Virus record (IMG/VR): IMGVR_UViG_3300021256_000058
Coordinates: 117,823-181,822 of that record
Length of the DNA: 64,000 bases
Direction: 5' to 3' (one strand)
Source of the DNA: a virus
Lineage: Duplodnaviria > Heunggongvirae > Uroviricota > Caudoviricetes
This document shows positions 62,058 to 64,000 of the stretch, one piece after another. The notes beneath the pieces are model-generated. The model worked only from the letters and a program-made list of their open reading frames with translations. It had not been told where the DNA came from and made no database searches. The position numbers and the translations under genes are program-made. Each line of letters begins with the position of its first letter. Within the stretch, counting starts at the first letter, position 1.

Positions 62058-62086
62058 ATTATAACATTTTTTTTATTAAAAATCAA
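62058..62086 (-). promoter_or_regulatory. sigma70-type promoter TTGATT-N17-TATAAT
   Basis: + strand attataacat 62058-67 and aatcaa 62081-86, with a 17-nt spacer. Confidence 0.6.
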
Positions 62087-62093
62087 TAGAAAC

Positions 62094-62124
62094 AAAAAAA
62101 GGCAGACGAATTAATCGTCTGCCT
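62094..62124 (-). terminator. hairpin terminator
   Basis: aaaaaaa followed by ggcagacg-aattaa-tcgtctgcc. The stop of the Zn-ribbon gene lies in the loop and stem. Confidence 0.6.
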
Positions 62125-62320
62125 CAATAGCGTCTTGACCATCGAGTGGGCCGCCGATTAATTTCTTTGGTTTACTCTTCTCAAGACATTCGTCACAAAG
62201 GACGCCAGGTTCCCAATCTGATTTTCTGCGAACTGGGAACTATTTCCCGCATTTACTGCAAGTTATCATAGGGGTATTGTCCGGAACAATTTTAATTCTT
62301 CCATTTTCCTATATAACCAT
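62111..62320 (-). CDS. zinc-ribbon protein of 69 aa with 2 in-frame TAG, missed by the ORF track
   Basis: The RBS ggaggt is 7 nt upstream. The product is M V I -TAG- ENGRIKIVPDNTPMITCSKCGK -TAG- FPVRRKSDWEPGVLCDECLEK... and ends in TAA. Confidence 0.4.
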
Positions 62321-62332
62321 ACTCTACCTCCA

Positions 62333-63163
62333 TTAAGTATTATGGAGATAGAACTGCGGCCCTTTTACGAGCCACCAGTCGAGCTCACCAGTTTCATCAT
62401 AATGAGCCCACCGGTCCGCAATAACCTCAAGTTCTTCCATGTCTTTAAAGTACATTTCAGCATGAGGAGCCTCAATTCTATCCGCATGGAAGTGACCAAA
62501 ACACCAGACTTTAAACTTAATTTCATCTTTCAATCGGTCCATCCATGTTTCCATTGAATTATCTACTGTCTTTTGGTCAATTGCCCCAAGGAACATATCA
62601 GTAGGTTCCCAAGAGAGGGGGCAAGTATGACTCAAGACAAAATCAAAATGAGCATTATGATTATATACAAATAAATGTTCAGCTTTTGTCATTTCTTCAA
62701 AACTAAGCTGTTCATCTGCCCACCAACCAGTTTTCTTTGGATTATTATTTAACTCATTCATATTGGCTCGTTGGAGTCGCCACCATTTGTCAACAGAATA
62801 AGCCCCGCCAATAACTGCGCACTTAAATCCATTGATCCAATAGACACCATAATCTTCAAAATAACGAATATGCGGATACTCGTGTTCTAGCCATACATGA
62901 CCGCCAACATTCGCGTCCCAGATCTGGACCATGTCAGAAAGAGATTGCGGTCTTGCTTCATGATTGCCACGAACTACATAAATATAGTATCCTTTGGCAT
63001 CAACTTCTTTTTTAACTCTTATGTCAGTCTTATTAAGGTAGAAATTAAATCCAGCATCTCCCAGAATAATTATTCCTGTATCTTCTGGGGTATATTTATC
63101 AAGGCGCTCATTACACAGCCAAGTGAATTCACCATGACAATCGCCACGTATTAGAAATTTCAT
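62333..63163 (-). CDS. lambda-phosphatase-like metallophosphoesterase
   Basis: Contains GDCHG, ILGDAG and VRGNHEARP motifs. It is 276 aa. Confidence 0.65.
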   Translation of the reverse strand: MKFLIRGDCHGEFTWLCNERLDKYTPEDTGIIILGDAGFNFYLNKTDIRVKKEVDAKGYYIYVVRGNHEARPQSLSDMVQIWDANVGGHVWLEHEYPHIRYFEDYGVYWINGFKCAVIGGAYSVDKWWRLQRANMNELNNNPKKTGWWADEQLSFEEMTKAEHLFVYNHNAHFDFVLSHTCPLSWEPTDMFLGAIDQKTVDNSMETWMDRLKDEIKFKVWCFGHFHADRIEAPHAEMYFKDMEELEVIADRWAHYDETGELDWWLVKGPQFYLHNT

Positions 63164-63187
63164 TTAATTTTACGCCCCTTTCTGAAT

Positions 63188-63529
63188 TTATTTATTATAC
63201 CATAAGACATATTTTGCATTTTCTGGTTTATTTTTTATAAGCCAATCTTTATTACAATGGACTGACCCAAGTTTATTACCATTGGCATCACTCCAGTAGC
63301 CAGAGCCGTCATAATCAATAAAACCGCCATCGGCAACAATCTCTATAAAATCTTGAATAGAATAACAGTCGCCATAGCCAATTTTAGAAATAATGGCTAA
63401 AATTTCAGCACATTCTTCAATATCGGCTTGAACTGCCGCACTATTTAAAGAATTTCTTTTAAATTTACCTATACGACTAGCATAGCGTTTTAAAATCCAT
63501 TCAAAATCTTCTTTTATAAATAGTGACAT
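63188..63529 (-). CDS. hypothetical protein
   Basis: An intact 113-aa ORF ending in TAA. Confidence 0.45.
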   Translation of the reverse strand: MSLFIKEDFEWILKRYASRIGKFKRNSLNSAAVQADIEECAEILAIISKIGYGDCYSIQDFIEIVADGGFIDYDGSGYWSDANGNKLGSVHCNKDWLIKNKPENAKYVLWYNK

Positions 63530-64000
63530 TATTTTAGATCCTCTCGCACAGATTTTTTCATCATAGATAACTGTACTTCGTCTAAAAGAGCATCAACTTC
63601 AGCATTTTTTTCTTTAGAGCAAGTCTCTAAGAATTTATCACATATTTCATCAATATGGATAAGTGCCATAGCTGCTGCTTGTCTCGCATATGCAAGATCA
63701 TACTTGCCTAACTTTACATCTAATAAATACTCAGGGTTAGAAGGATGCAGGCATGATTCATATGATTCGCCTGCTATGTATCTTTCAATATAATCTTCAA
63801 CCCTTAAAAGATGATGGAGTTGTTTAGGATCATATCCATATTTAGCGAGAATATCTTCTTTGCCCTCAAAATGATGCTCTAACGCAGCATATTTTGTATG
63901 AGCAATACCACGCATAGAGTTCATAGCTTGCGGGAGATGATAACGAGCAATTTTTTCTCTATTATCAATTAATTTTTGCCAATCTTCCGCATAGGTTGGG
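63529..64000 (-). CDS. hypothetical protein, 5' end beyond the window
   Basis: The frame stays open upstream of the track ATG at 63924, reading ...PTYAEDWQKLIDNREKIARYHLPQAMNSMRG... It ends in TAA at 63529. Confidence 0.4.
   Translation of the reverse strand, partial: PTYAEDWQKLIDNREKIARYHLPQAMNSMRGIAHTKYAALEHHFEGKEDILAKYGYDPKQLHHLLRVEDYIERYIAGESYESCLHPSNPEYLLDVKLGKYDLAYARQAAAMALIHIDEICDKFLETCSKEKNAEVDALLDEVQLSMMKKSVREDLK

Noticed and set aside
1-64000. A suppressor tRNA, other tRNA or rRNA genes.
   Set aside because: I inspected the intergenic gaps of 65 nt or more (1380-1590, 7806-7993, 43654-43719, 43987-44085, 52124-52240, 58556-58671, 62025-62110) and found only hairpin terminators and promoters. 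There were no cloverleaf-compatible segments and no GTTCRA T-loop signatures. I cannot exclude a tRNA elsewhere in the genome.
19700-64000. A crAss-like or Bacteroides-phage identity suggested by the TAG recoding.
   Set aside because: SD-led starts, TTGACA-N17-TGnTATAAT promoters, a CHAP-SH3b endolysin and a DnaE-type (family C) replicase are inconsistent with crAss-like or Bacteroidota systems. Recoding occurs in several unrelated gut phage lineages.

Overview
This 64 kb window is AT-rich (roughly mid-30s % GC) and has the layout of a large virulent dsDNA phage. Two gene blocks converge on a bidirectional terminator near 19.65-19.70 kb. My hand-counted coordinates may be off by 1-2 nt; those I tied to the supplied ORF track were checked by frame arithmetic. 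(1) 1-19646, + strand: a structural/late module with Ig-like, tandem LamG-like and fibre proteins, including one 7.5 kb fibre ORF. Every long gene here looks fragmented in the six-frame track, and the only interrupting codon is TAG, never TAA or TGA. (2) 19716-64000, - strand: a replication and nucleotide-metabolism module. It holds a DnaE-type PHP polymerase, DnaB-like helicase, DnaG-like primase, NAD-dependent ligase, two-subunit type II topoisomerase, RNase HI, RecJ-like DHH nuclease, SF1 helicase, NrdD/NrdG, dUTPase, an NDT/Rcl-like enzyme, an NCS2 nucleobase permease and a dNMP kinase. It also carries an RNA-repair set (P-loop kinase, metallophosphatase, KxDG ligase), a NADAR domain protein, an SPFH protein, an HNH endonuclease and other small proteins. 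These long ORFs contain no TAG at all, and every stop I inspected is TAA or TGA. The central conclusion is that TAG is reassigned to a sense codon, with the evidence pointing to Gln, and that it marks a late gene set. The TAG-containing genes include all of the + strand structural genes plus several genes scattered through the - strand block. Those are a RuvC-like resolvase, a transmembrane + coiled-coil + GIY-YIG nuclease with 11 TAG, a holin-like gene, a PG_binding-CHAP-SH3b endolysin, a PIN-PhoH ATPase, a Phage_fiber_2-type fibre and several small proteins. The six-frame track misses or splits all of these. Regulatory signals are clear. At least 12 - strand promoters match TTGAYW-N17-(TGn)TATAAT with an exact 17-nt spacer; they show up as the + strand motif tattatacCAT...aaaatcaa. 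There are many GC-stem/T-run terminators and strong AGGAGG-type ribosome-binding sites. Together with the Gram-positive-type endolysin, these point to a Firmicutes-like host. I saw no rRNA, tRNA, CRISPR array or integrase/transposase.
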